A stretch of 64,000 nucleotides of DNA from Spirochaetaceae bacterium (lineage in GTDB: Bacteria > Spirochaetota > Spirochaetia > WTKD01). The position numbers and the translations under genes were made by a program. The first letter of the stretch is position 1. Every line of letters starts with the position of its first letter. Below the pieces are notes generated by a model, which did no database searches, was not told the origin of the DNA, and saw only the letters and a program-made list of their open reading frames with translations. This document shows, in pieces, positions 1 to 9,554 of the stretch. Location of the stretch: assembly GCA_011524535.1 (NCBI GenBank), contig WTKD01000010.1, positions 1,233-65,232 on the forward strand, written 5' to 3'.

Positions 1-18
1 GAAAGCATAACCTACCGC

Positions 19-58
19 ACACACCGGTCATCATCGATCGGTGTGTCTTATTTCGTTT
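19..58 (+). terminator. Terminator-like hairpin, probably ending a gene upstream of the window
   Basis: Perfect 8-bp stem ACACACCG (19-26) / CGGTGTGT (39-46) followed by a T-rich tract. Confidence 0.4.
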
Positions 59-194
59 CAACAAAAATCACACTTCTCCCTATGAATATAGTACGTGCAC
101 ACCCTAAAATAACGTAAAAATTGTTATATCAAATTGATACATTAATTTACATGTAGCATGATTACGTGTGCTACCTGCACACAAGAGATATTAC

Positions 195-862
195 ATGAAA
201 CATACTACATATATACTACTCATGCCTGTCGGTGCGTGCGCTCTCGTTCTCGCAGGCTGTGAAGCGCTTGCCAACAACGTGGCGGATGCTAGCGGTTTGA
301 TTAGGTTTATAAATTTTAGCACAAATATCACCATTGAAAAGAATTACAGCGATAGCCACAGTAACCACTCCACAAGCTATTACTGGAGGTCTCATTGTAG
401 GGAATTCTAGGGATTGGTAGTGAAAACGATATTGTTATTACAAAAATTATACAACCGGCGATGTAGAGGTAGCAAATAGCAACACTGGCGGTTTGATTGG
501 AACCCTTGCGTTAATAACAGATATTACCATCGCAGATAATTATACAACAGGAGCTATAGCTGAATCATCAGCCATTACTGGATTAATTAGTAGTTCTTAC
601 AACGTTCAAGAGGATAATTACTCGTAATTATGCAAGCGGTGAAATTATTATGACGCTCCAGAATGAAAATGGACCGCATTATGATGTTGGAACTGGGATA
701 ATTGGAAGCTTCCTGGCGACAAGTTCTACGACTACATACAACTATTGGAGTCAAGAGATTCAGCCCTCCTCCAGGAATTTCTTGAATATGCTGTATGGGT
801 CTAGAACGAGAGTTCTTAGCCAACACTTTTTTGACAAGAGGCTAATTAGTAATACAGTCTAA
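195..862 (+). pseudogene. Decayed paralog of the GLUG-like repeat lipoprotein family
   Basis: The ATG at 195 gives a signal peptide with lipobox LVLAGC. After that the GGLIG / NYxxG repeat units and the family C-terminal YNYW motif can only be read by hopping between frames (ORFs 168-410 and 650-862 plus unlisted pieces). The family 3' tail hairpin (TCGGTGAATACATCCGA) follows at about 869-891. Confidence 0.6.
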
Positions 863-1007
863 TTTTTGTCGGTGAATACATCCGATTATAGCAGCGGGCG
901 AGTCATCTTGGCGCGGTTTTTTATTGATTCATTCAAGTCAGTGTAGTCATACTGTGCAATCACGGAAATGCATTATTTATAATTCACTCTTTAAATTATA
1001 CGTATTA

Positions 1008-1036
1008 TTTACATTAATGTTTATATAAATTATACT
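1008..1036 (+). promoter_or_regulatory. Sigma70-like promoter of lipoprotein paralog A
   Basis: TTTACA (1008-1013), 17-nt spacer, TATACT (1031-1036). The same architecture is conserved upstream of the paralogs. Confidence 0.45.
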
Positions 1037-1113
1037 TTTATTTAGAAGATGTTACCCTCTTCTGACTATTCTGATAGTGGATATATTTCCACACACCATA
1101 TAAGGAGTTTTTT

Positions 1114-2517
1114 ATGCAACAATTACTCATCAGTACACTGTTTTGTATCTTTATATTTACTGCTTGCGGCACTGCATCACCGAGTAGTGATTCTAATGGA
1201 GATACTATCGCTGATCCAGACCCAACAGATATATCTACGGGAGAGTTTTGGAGTATTGGTCCTACATCCGAATTACGTATGGAGACAATGAATAATGAAT
1301 CCATATACTTCATTGACACCTGGCGCGATCTTGAATACATAAGTGCTAATTTCATGACCACACCCGATCTTTTGACCTATACCTATCACATAACAAATAA
1401 TATACGCTTTCCTAATCTTAAGGACTCCGCTATCCCGACAACCCCTGAAGCAAGAATAGATACCGAATACGAAAGTTTTTATGTCGATAATAATGGTCTC
1501 ATTCCCATTGGTTCAGACGGAAATCCTTTTACAGGATCTTTCGATGGTTCATACGGGAGTAATAGCCATTCTATTGCAGACCTTGTAATCACTCAACCTA
1601 ATCAAACAAATGTCGCTCTCTTTGGTGTTATCGGTTCAGATTCTACAGGAGCTACTCTCAAAAACATACATCTGAAAAATATCACTGTAATAGGTGACCA
1701 AAAAGTTGGAGGACTAGTTGGAAGCGTACTTGGAGAAAACATCATAGTCGAAAACAACTCCGCTCAAGGATCGATTTCAGCAGAAGGTAATAATTCTGGT
1801 GGTCTTATTGGGTACATTGATTCAACAAGAGTAGACATAGAAAACAGCTATACGAGCGGTTCTATAGAAGCAAATAACAACTCCGGTGGTCTGATAGGAT
1901 TCATATCGAGCAGTATGAATATAACCATTAAAAATAATTACAGTTCTAGTATGGTCACTTCGCGGAGTACAGCTTCTGGGGGCTTCATTGGCTATATCGA
2001 TACTAGCGATAATGTTGTCATCACAAAGAATTATGCAAGCGGTGATGTAACGAGCCAAAAAGGAGCAAGCGGTGGATTCCTTGGAATAAGCAGTTCGTTG
2101 ATGACGAACAGTACTATTTCGAATAATTATGCAAGCGGAAATATAGAAACAACTTCCGGCACCGCCGGTGGATTTGTTGGTGATTTTTACATTAACGGAA
2201 GCAATGTACTCACGAGTAATTATGCGCGTGGGGCAGTAACAAGAACAGGTGTGACCGGTGACCCTGCAGGTGGCTTCATAGGAGCTTTATACACATCTAA
2301 CCCACCCATAGCATACAATTATTGGGATCAGGAAGCTCAACATTCTCCAGGTGTTTCCTATGGGATCGGATCACTCACAAGTAATACCGGAGCGACCCCT
2401 TTGCAAGCCTCTCCTCAGAAATCAGACTTTCAAACATGGAATTTCGATGGTGAGGGTGCCGTATGGGTTTGGAATGAAGGCTCTTGGCCAACACTTGCAT
2501 GGGAAGATGAAAGTTAG
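1114..2517 (+). CDS. Repeat lipoprotein, GLUG-motif-like (paralog A)
   Basis: AAGGAG RBS lies 7 nt upstream. Signal peptide has lipobox IFTAC. About ten 25-30-aa repeats are centred on GGLIG/GGFIG and NY(A/S)SG. Conserved C-terminus YNYWDQ...FDGE.AVWVWN.G.WPTLAW. Confidence 0.9.
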   Translation: MQQLLISTLFCIFIFTACGTASPSSDSNGDTIADPDPTDISTGEFWSIGPTSELRMETMNNESIYFIDTWRDLEYISANFMTTPDLLTYTYHITNNIRFPNLKDSAIPTTPEARIDTEYESFYVDNNGLIPIGSDGNPFTGSFDGSYGSNSHSIADLVITQPNQTNVALFGVIGSDSTGATLKNIHLKNITVIGDQKVGGLVGSVLGENIIVENNSAQGSISAEGNNSGGLIGYIDSTRVDIENSYTSGSIEANNNSGGLIGFISSSMNITIKNNYSSSMVTSRSTASGGFIGYIDTSDNVVITKNYASGDVTSQKGASGGFLGISSSLMTNSTISNNYASGNIETTSGTAGGFVGDFYINGSNVLTSNYARGAVTRTGVTGDPAGGFIGALYTSNPPIAYNYWDQEAQHSPGVSYGIGSLTSNTGATPLQASPQKSDFQTWNFDGEGAVWVWNEGSWPTLAWEDES

Positions 2518-2559
2518 TAATACATTCTAATACTCATCGGTAAATAACGCCGATTACAG

Positions 2560-2590
2560 AAAAGCTGGGTCACTATTGGCTCGGCTTTTT
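2560..2590 (+). terminator. Rho-independent terminator-like hairpin after paralog A (degenerate version of the family terminator)
   Basis: AAAAGCTGGG...CTCGGCTTTTT, a stem with G-U pairs plus a T tract. Confidence 0.35.
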
Positions 2591-2756
2591 GTCATTACTA
2601 CATTCTAACAACAGCAAAAGTACGTAAAAACTATCTATAGATTTCTAAAAAGACTCTAAAATTTCGGCGATAAAGCAAAAATATGTTCATTCACCTATCA
2701 TTTTCTTTCTACACTTACTCACTACTTATATTTTATTTAATTAAATGTACAATTTA

Positions 2757-2785
2757 TTTGTATTAATATTTAAATATAGTATAAT
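2757..2785 (+). promoter_or_regulatory. Sigma70-like promoter of paralog B
   Basis: TTTGTA (2757-2762), 17-nt spacer, TATAAT (2780-2785). It sits at the same distance from the conserved leader as in the other copies. Confidence 0.4.
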
Positions 2786-2860
2786 TTAATTAGTAGATGT
2801 TACCCTTCTGCTCCATTACGATGTGGATACATATTCCACACACCATATAAGGAGTTTCTT

Positions 2861-4327
2861 ATGAAACAATTACTCATTGGCGCAATACTCTGTGTCTTTT
2901 TATTTGCTGCCTGCGATGTCGTTTCGACTGTCAGTAAGCCTATCGACGATATAGTCGAATCAAACAATGATGATCCAACCTTTGACCTTACCATTAACCC
3001 AAGCCCAGAACCAACAGATATTCCTGCGGTTGACCCCTGGAGCCTTGGTATTACAACCGAATTACGCACGGAAATGATGAATGATGAACCCATATACCTC
3101 ATCGAAACTTGGCGTGATCTTGAATATCTCAGCGCCAATTTCATAAGCACAACCGATCTTTTAACCTATACATACCACGTAACAAAAAATATCCGCTTTC
3201 CCGATCTTACTGATTCCGCTATCCCAGAAACCGCGGAAGAAAGGACGGACACTGTATACGAAAGTTTTTACGTAGACAATAATGGGCTCGTTCCCATTGG
3301 CGCCAATGGCAATCCTTTCATAGGAACCTTCGATGGTCTGTATGAAGGGTATACATATACCATTACCGACCTTGTGATAAATAAACCTAATCAAGATAAC
3401 GTCGGATTCTTCGGAGTTGCTGGCAACAGTCACAAAGGAGCCTATTTCAAAAATGTTCAACTGGAAAACTCTACCATAAAAGGAAGAAACTATGTCGGAG
3501 GGCTTATTGGAAAAATGAGTGGCGGTAACTCCTTAATCGAAAAAAGTTATGTCCACGGCTCTGTAACAACACAGGGGTATATCGGCGGTGGTTTAGTTGG
3601 TTATATCGGTCAAAACAACTCAACAACAATTGTTCGCAGTCATTCTAGCGGTTCCGTAACCTCTCTGGGCAGCAACTTTCTTATTAAAAGTTATACCGGT
3701 GGATTGATTGGCTCAATTATCAACTCTCAAATGATCACTATAGAAGAAAGCTATAGCACCAGTGATGTAACAGGTTTTAATGACATAGGTGGTCTGATCG
3801 GAAATATAGACGCAGAAGAAATCAGTATAACCAAAACGTATGCAACGGGTAACGTATTCGGAAAACAACGGGTAGGCGTGACTGGATACGCAGGCGGGTT
3901 GATTGGACACGCGATCATGCAAGATTCCACATTCAACTACAATTATGCACATGGTAACACAGCAAGTACTTCTGGACATCATGGTGGGTTATTTGGATAC
4001 TTTTTTAGTCTAAACACCGATTTCACACAAAATTATGCGACTGGAAGTATGTCAAACGGTACTAACATTGGTGGGCTTGTTGGATTTTTTCGCCAAGACT
4101 CAGCTCCTGAATACAATTATTGGAATGAAGAAGCTGCAAACACGAATGCGACACACGGTATCGGGCTTTCAGCAGAAATATCTGTGCCGAGCAACGCTGG
4201 GGCAGAACCCCTGTCATCCTCCCCTCAGCAGTCCGATTTTGAAACATGGGATTTTGATGGAGAAGATGCTGTATGGGTTTGGAATGACGGTGAATGGCCA
4301 ACCCTTGCCTGGCAAGAGAGCAACTAA
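2861..4327 (+). CDS. Repeat lipoprotein, GLUG-motif-like (paralog B)
   Basis: AAGGAG RBS, lipobox LFAAC, GGLIG repeats, C-terminal WPTLAWQESN. Confidence 0.9.
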   Translation: MKQLLIGAILCVFLFAACDVVSTVSKPIDDIVESNNDDPTFDLTINPSPEPTDIPAVDPWSLGITTELRTEMMNDEPIYLIETWRDLEYLSANFISTTDLLTYTYHVTKNIRFPDLTDSAIPETAEERTDTVYESFYVDNNGLVPIGANGNPFIGTFDGLYEGYTYTITDLVINKPNQDNVGFFGVAGNSHKGAYFKNVQLENSTIKGRNYVGGLIGKMSGGNSLIEKSYVHGSVTTQGYIGGGLVGYIGQNNSTTIVRSHSSGSVTSLGSNFLIKSYTGGLIGSIINSQMITIEESYSTSDVTGFNDIGGLIGNIDAEEISITKTYATGNVFGKQRVGVTGYAGGLIGHAIMQDSTFNYNYAHGNTASTSGHHGGLFGYFFSLNTDFTQNYATGSMSNGTNIGGLVGFFRQDSAPEYNYWNEEAANTNATHGIGLSAEISVPSNAGAEPLSSSPQQSDFETWDFDGEDAVWVWNDGEWPTLAWQESN

Positions 4328-4371
4328 TAATTGCATTATATATGCTGATCGGTGAATACCACCGATTACAG

Positions 4372-4404
4372 AAAAGCCGGGTCCATAGCGATTCGGCTTT
4401 TTTT
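4372..4404 (+). terminator. Rho-independent terminator after paralog B
   Basis: Stem AAAAGCCG (4372-4379) / CGGCTTTT (4394-4401) running into a T tract. Confidence 0.6.
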
Positions 4405-4551
4405 ATTATGTGTTCCCATGAATTATGTTCTATATTTGACTACCGTGATGGTTTTTGCGGCCTTCCAGGGTTTTCCACGACAAATTTGCAGTGTTACCTG
4501 GTAAGACCTCTTTTTTTTCTTTTGTATTTTTTATTTTAAATTGTTTTTTTA

Positions 4552-4580
4552 TTTACATTAAATTTTATATATACTATACT
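4552..4580 (+). promoter_or_regulatory. Sigma70-like promoter of paralog C
   Basis: TTTACA (4552-4557), 17-nt spacer, TATACT (4575-4580). Confidence 0.45.
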
Positions 4581-4656
4581 CTTACTTAGTGGAGGTTACC
4601 TATCTTCGCTATTCTGATGCGGATGTATACGTAACACCCCATACAAGGAGTTCTCT

Positions 4657-5949
4657 ATGAGACAATTATTCATTGGCGCAGTACTCTGTGTCGTTATATT
4701 TACTGCTTGCGATCTCGCTTCAAATGGCAGCCTTCCTATCGACGATATAGTCGGATCAAACAATGATGATCCTAATATCAACCCTACAATTGATCCACCA
4801 ACAATCGATCCATGGGCCTTCCCCGTCGTTACTGGGCTCTGGGATCCTGTCGGCTACACTAATGATGCGGGCATATCTGTCACCGATGCCTACCCCATCG
4901 ACAACTGGCGTCAATTGCAGTTTATCGGTGAAACGTTCTTGGAGGATATTACCCTTCTAGCGCATACATACTACCTCACCGATGACATTATCTTCCCCTC
5001 TCGTGATACTGATGTACCGGATGAACACAGCAATGATCCCTATGTCGTAGATGGATTTGTACCCATCGGAACCTATGACGAAAGATTCCTTGGTAATTTC
5101 GATGGTCAAGGATACATTATTTCTGACATAAACATTATTCAAAACGTAAACGACTCTAATGACGATTATATTGGACTTTTTGGTGTCGTTGGAGATATAA
5201 CTGCAAACCAAGCAGGAATTACACCGGTGATACAAAATCTCACCCTACGCAATGCACAGGTAACAGGAAACGAACTTGTCGGTATACTAGCGGGTTCAAC
5301 TCGCTATGCTACTGTAAAGAATATTACTATTGAGGGGGGATCTGTTCAGGGAGAATCTTCAGCAGGTGGATTAGTTGGAGTGAGTGTTCATGGAATTGTG
5401 TCGTACTGCGGTGCAAGTGCATCGGTGAGCGGAGATTATGTAACCGGAGGACTCATAGGAAGGTCAACTTATACAACAATTGAGTTAAACTATGCAACAG
5501 GAGATGTCACAGGAGCACTCCGTACAGGTGGATTGATTGGATATACCTACGAAGCAACAATAGAAAACAACTATTCTCTTGGAACGATCAATGCACAGGT
5601 AAGCCGAACCGGCGGATTGATTGGGCATGCACAAGGATCTAGAATTGCCACCAATTATTCACGTTCAGAAGTTACCGGAAACGTAGACGTCGGTGGATTA
5701 GTCGGATATTCTAGCAATGACATACTAGAAAATAACTTTTGGGATATATCGTCAAACAGTGGAACGCTACCAAGCGGTATATATCCATCCTATGGTATAG
5801 GAAACCCAGAAAATAACACTGGAGCTACAGCGTTGACATCACCAACATCAAGTAGCTTCATTGGCTTTACATTTGGTAGCACCACCGAGGGTTGGAACAC
5901 ACCCGCAGACGGTGAATGGCCAACCCTTGCCTGGCAAGAGAGCAACTAA
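4657..5949 (+). CDS. Repeat lipoprotein, GLUG-motif-like (paralog C, the most divergent body)
   Basis: AAGGAG RBS, lipobox IFTAC, GGLIG/GGLVG repeats, C-terminal EWPTLAWQESN. Confidence 0.9.
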   Translation: MRQLFIGAVLCVVIFTACDLASNGSLPIDDIVGSNNDDPNINPTIDPPTIDPWAFPVVTGLWDPVGYTNDAGISVTDAYPIDNWRQLQFIGETFLEDITLLAHTYYLTDDIIFPSRDTDVPDEHSNDPYVVDGFVPIGTYDERFLGNFDGQGYIISDINIIQNVNDSNDDYIGLFGVVGDITANQAGITPVIQNLTLRNAQVTGNELVGILAGSTRYATVKNITIEGGSVQGESSAGGLVGVSVHGIVSYCGASASVSGDYVTGGLIGRSTYTTIELNYATGDVTGALRTGGLIGYTYEATIENNYSLGTINAQVSRTGGLIGHAQGSRIATNYSRSEVTGNVDVGGLVGYSSNDILENNFWDISSNSGTLPSGIYPSYGIGNPENNTGATALTSPTSSSFIGFTFGSTTEGWNTPADGEWPTLAWQESN

Positions 5950-5993
5950 TAATTGCATTATATATGCTGATCGGTGAATACCACCGATTACAG

Positions 5994-6026
5994 AAAAGCC
6001 GGGTCCATAGCGATTCGGCTTTTTTT
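5994..6026 (+). terminator. Rho-independent terminator after paralog C
   Basis: Identical sequence to 4372-4404. Confidence 0.6.
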
Positions 6027-6173
6027 ATTATGTGTTCCCATGAATTATGTTCTATATTTGACTACCGTGATGGTTTTTGCGGCCTTCCAGGGTTTTCCAC
6101 GACAAATTTGCAGTGTTACCTGGTAAGACCTCTTTTTTTTCTTTTGTATTTTTTATTTTAAATTGTTTTTTTA

Positions 6174-6202
6174 TTTACATTAAATTTTATATATACTATA
6201 CT
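6174..6202 (+). promoter_or_regulatory. Sigma70-like promoter of paralog D
   Basis: Identical to 4552-4580: TTTACA, 17-nt spacer, TATACT. Confidence 0.45.
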
Positions 6203-6278
6203 CTTACTTAGTGGAGGTTACCTATCTTCGCTATTCTGATGCGGATGTATACGTAACACCCCATACAAGGAGTTCTCT

Positions 6279-7709
6279 ATGAGACAATTATTCATTGGCG
6301 CAGTACTCTGTGTCGTTATATTTACTGCTTGCGATCTCGCTTCAAATGGCAGCCTTCCTATCGACGATATAAGCGAATCAGGCGATGATCCCAACATCAA
6401 CCCTACCATTACAACAGATATTCCGGCGGTTGATCCCTGGAGCGTTGGTATTACAACCGAGCTACGCACCGAAACAATAAATAACGAAACTGTATACCTC
6501 ATCGATACTTGGCGTGATCTTGAATATCTCAGCGCCAATTTCATAAGCACAACCGATCTTTTAACCTATACATACCACGTAACAAAAAATATCCGCTTTC
6601 CCGATCTTACTGATTCCGCTATCCCAGAAACCGCGGAAGAAAGGACGGACACTGTATACGAAAGTTTTTACGTAGACAATAATGGGCTCGTTCCCATTGG
6701 CGCCGATAGGAATCCCTTTATAGGAACCTTCGATGGTTCGTACGAAGGATACAGCTATGTTATTTCGGACCTTGTGATACATCAGCCAAGTCGAGTAAGT
6801 ACGGCTTTCTTTGGGTTTGTTGGTTCTAATCTTGTCGGAGCAACGTTCAAAAACGTGCACCTCGAAAACATCGATGTAACGGGCCACCAAGTCGTTGGGG
6901 GTCTGATAGGTCATATACTTGGAGGAACCACCATGGTCGAAAACAGCTCCGTGCAAGGAACTATCTCAGCAGGAGAAAATTTTGCTGGTGGTCTCATTGC
7001 TTATATTAATGCCTCAGAAGTACATGTAAGAAACAACCACACCAGCGGTTCTGTAGAAGCATACGAAACATCTGGTGGGTTGATAGGACTCATATCGAGT
7101 AGCACAAATATCACCATTGAACATAACTACAGCGACAGTTCGGTAAACTCTTCAAACCTTGCTGCAGGAGGGTTCATTGGGTATATAGATAATAGCAACA
7201 ATGTTCTCGTCACAAAGAATTATGCAAATGGACATGTATCTTCGTCTAAGGGAATAAGTGGAGGTTTTCTCGCCTATATTGGAGTTGAAACGAATAACAG
7301 CACCATTTCAGATAATTATGCACTCGGAAATGTAACTACCGCCGTCGATGGGGCAAATGGTGGGTTTATCGGCAATTTTTTTGATTCTGGAACCAGTACC
7401 CTCATACGAAATTATTCACGCGGTACAGCAACAACAACGAATGGTGATTACAGTTTTGCAGGTGGGTTTATGGGAGCTTCACTCTCAGGCAATCTATCTA
7501 TTTCATACAACTACTGGGATCAAGATGCTCAATCTTCTCCAGGAGCTTCCTTTGGAATCGGATCCCTCACAAGTAATACCGGAGCGGCCCCTTTGCAAGC
7601 CTCTCCTCAGCAATCAGACTTTCAAACATGGAATTTCGATGGTGAAGATGCTGTATGGGTATGGAATGACGGAGCTTGGCCAACCCTTGCATGGCAAGAG
7701 AGCAACTAA
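6279..7709 (+). CDS. Repeat lipoprotein, GLUG-motif-like (paralog D, mosaic)
   Basis: RBS and lipobox as in C. The N-terminus is identical to C, 6507-6704 is identical to B (3107-3304), and the repeat body and C-terminus are closest to A. Confidence 0.9.
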   Translation: MRQLFIGAVLCVVIFTACDLASNGSLPIDDISESGDDPNINPTITTDIPAVDPWSVGITTELRTETINNETVYLIDTWRDLEYLSANFISTTDLLTYTYHVTKNIRFPDLTDSAIPETAEERTDTVYESFYVDNNGLVPIGADRNPFIGTFDGSYEGYSYVISDLVIHQPSRVSTAFFGFVGSNLVGATFKNVHLENIDVTGHQVVGGLIGHILGGTTMVENSSVQGTISAGENFAGGLIAYINASEVHVRNNHTSGSVEAYETSGGLIGLISSSTNITIEHNYSDSSVNSSNLAAGGFIGYIDNSNNVLVTKNYANGHVSSSKGISGGFLAYIGVETNNSTISDNYALGNVTTAVDGANGGFIGNFFDSGTSTLIRNYSRGTATTTNGDYSFAGGFMGASLSGNLSISYNYWDQDAQSSPGASFGIGSLTSNTGAAPLQASPQQSDFQTWNFDGEDAVWVWNDGAWPTLAWQESN

Positions 7710-7754
7710 TAATTTCATTCTAATCCTGATCGGTTAATCATTCCGATTACACCA

Positions 7755-7784
7755 AAAGCCGAGTCATTATTGGCTCGGTTTTTT
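7755..7784 (+). terminator. Rho-independent terminator after paralog D
   Basis: Stem AAGCCGAG / CTCGGTTT followed by TTTT. Confidence 0.55.
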
Positions 7785-7935
7785 GTTATTTGTCGCCATA
7801 CCAATAAATCATGTAATACGTTTGATCACCTCGATAGATTTCTGAGCCCTTCTACCCCTTCTCAAGAAAAAGTCAAGAATATTTCCATCTGCCTAACTTC
7901 TTTTTTTACGTATTTACTTTTTATTTGTTTTTAAA

Positions 7936-7964
7936 TTTACATTAATTATTACATATACTATACT
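7936..7964 (+). promoter_or_regulatory. Sigma70-like promoter of paralog E
   Basis: TTTACA (7936-7941), 17-nt spacer, TATACT (7959-7964). Confidence 0.45.
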
Positions 7965-8039
7965 CATATCTAGCAGATATATCTTTCTGCACAATCTTGA
8001 TGTGGATATATGTTCCACACACCATATAAGGAGTTCTCT

Positions 8040-9509
8040 ATGAGACAATTACTCATTAGCACAATGATTTGTGTCTTTGTATTTGCTGCCTGCGACATCT
8101 CAGTATCAGGCACCGTTCCTGTTGATAATATAAACGGATCAAACGATGATGATCCCAGTATCAACCCTACCATTGATCCTGAGCCAGAACCAGATGAAAT
8201 CCCTACGGGTGATCCCTGGAGCATTCCCATTACAAACGAATTAAGTATGGAAACAATAGACAATGAATCCGTATACCTCATCGAAACCTGGCGGGATATC
8301 GAATACATAAGCGCTAATTTCGAAACTAACTCGGATTTATTAACCTATACCTACCACGTAACAAAAAATATACGTTTTCCTGATCTCACCGATGAGAACA
8401 TTCCGACGAATGCCCAAGATAGATCGGGAACAAAATACGAAAGCTTTTACGTAGACAACGACGGACTTATTCCTATTGGAGTAGTAGCCAATCCTTTCAC
8501 AGGAACCTTCGATGGATTGTATGAAGGAAATACCTATATCATTGATGATCTTGTCATTGATAAACAAAATCAAACTGATGTTGGTCTTTTTGGTGCAGTA
8601 GGATCTAATACTACAGGAGCGACACTCAAAAACATAGTGCTGAAAAATGCCACAGTACATGGAAATGACTATGTTGGAGGGCTGGTTGGGAGTATACACG
8701 GAACAAATACCGTAATCGATAACAGTTCTGTGCAGGGAGACATAACAGGTCGTTTGCATGTTGGCGGACTCGCTGGGTTTATCAAACAGGGAACAAGAAT
8801 AACCATAACCAACAGCCATACGAGTGGTTCCGTGAAAATAACAGGAGCTGTTGGTGGCGGTTTAATAGGATCTATAGATTCTAGTCAGATGATCGCTATT
8901 AGAGATACTTCCAGCAACAGTACAATTACCGGTACACAAAATGTAATCGGAGGTCTCATTGGATTTATCGCTGGAACGGAAGTGTTGACCATTACAACGA
9001 GCTTTGCTAGTGGTGATGTATCGGGCTCTGATGATGTCGGAGGTCTCATTGGCACTATGAACGGAATAGGGGACGGTAACGTGTCAGATAATTATGCAAC
9101 AGGACAGGTAACATCAGGTTCTCGTAATACTGGTGGACTGATTTCTTCTTTAGACAATATTAGTTCCTCCCTCTCAATCACACGTAACTACGCAGGTAGT
9201 GCGGTGAAATTGTTGAACAATCAATATGCTTATGCAGGAGGCATTATTGGGGTCAGTGATCAAGAATCTTCAATTGATTCACTCATACACAACTACTGGG
9301 ATCAAGATGCTCAGTCATCTCCAGGGGTTTCTTATGGAATTGGGAAAACAACGGAGGGTTTTTTAGGTCAATCGAGTAATGCAGGAGCAGCGCCATTGCA
9401 ATCTCCTCAACAGTCCGAATTTGAAACATGGGACTTCGATGGGGAAGATGCCGTATGGGTATGGAATGACGGAGCTTGGCCAACCCTTGTATGGCAAGAA
9501 GAAAATTAA
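8040..9509 (+). CDS. Repeat lipoprotein, GLUG-motif-like (paralog E)
   Basis: I chose the ATG at 8040 (MRQLLIST...) because it has the family AAGGAG RBS; the ORF-track start at 8010 lies in the conserved leader. Lipobox VFAAC, GGLIG repeats, C-terminal WPTLVWQEEN. Confidence 0.9.
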   Translation: MRQLLISTMICVFVFAACDISVSGTVPVDNINGSNDDDPSINPTIDPEPEPDEIPTGDPWSIPITNELSMETIDNESVYLIETWRDIEYISANFETNSDLLTYTYHVTKNIRFPDLTDENIPTNAQDRSGTKYESFYVDNDGLIPIGVVANPFTGTFDGLYEGNTYIIDDLVIDKQNQTDVGLFGAVGSNTTGATLKNIVLKNATVHGNDYVGGLVGSIHGTNTVIDNSSVQGDITGRLHVGGLAGFIKQGTRITITNSHTSGSVKITGAVGGGLIGSIDSSQMIAIRDTSSNSTITGTQNVIGGLIGFIAGTEVLTITTSFASGDVSGSDDVGGLIGTMNGIGDGNVSDNYATGQVTSGSRNTGGLISSLDNISSSLSITRNYAGSAVKLLNNQYAYAGGIIGVSDQESSIDSLIHNYWDQDAQSSPGVSYGIGKTTEGFLGQSSNAGAAPLQSPQQSEFETWDFDGEDAVWVWNDGAWPTLVWQEEN

Positions 9510-9554
9510 TAATAGATTCTATATGTTGATCGGTGAATACCGCCGATTACACCA

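Larger units (their letters stand above)
4286..4749. repeat. 464-bp perfect direct repeat, copy 1 (3' end of paralog B, terminator, promoter, leader and first 31 codons of paralog C)
   Basis: Base-for-base identical to 5908-6371 at an offset of 1622 bp. I compared the sequence lines directly, and the identical 81-aa ORFs 4294-4539 and 5916-6161 agree. Confidence 0.9.
5908..6371. repeat. 464-bp perfect direct repeat, copy 2 (3' end of paralog C through the first 31 codons of paralog D)
   Basis: Identical to 4286-4749. Confidence 0.9.

Noticed and set aside
1038-1361. Conserved antisense ORFs of about 110 aa across the leader and 5' end of each lipoprotein gene (also 2800-3150, 4596-4781, 6218-6550 and 7970-8308)
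   Set aside because: Their conservation simply mirrors the conserved sense sequence. They run through the sense promoter and RBS, lack their own RBS, and one copy is truncated to 61 aa with no apparent consequence. They are most likely frame artefacts.
4294-4539. Two identical 81-aa ORFs (4294-4539 and 5916-6161) that might be taken for a conserved small gene
   Set aside because: They are out-of-frame read-through from the lipoprotein 3' ends across the terminator hairpins and promoter region. They are identical only because they lie inside the 464-bp repeat. There is no RBS, and the sequence is low-complexity and Phe/Leu-rich.
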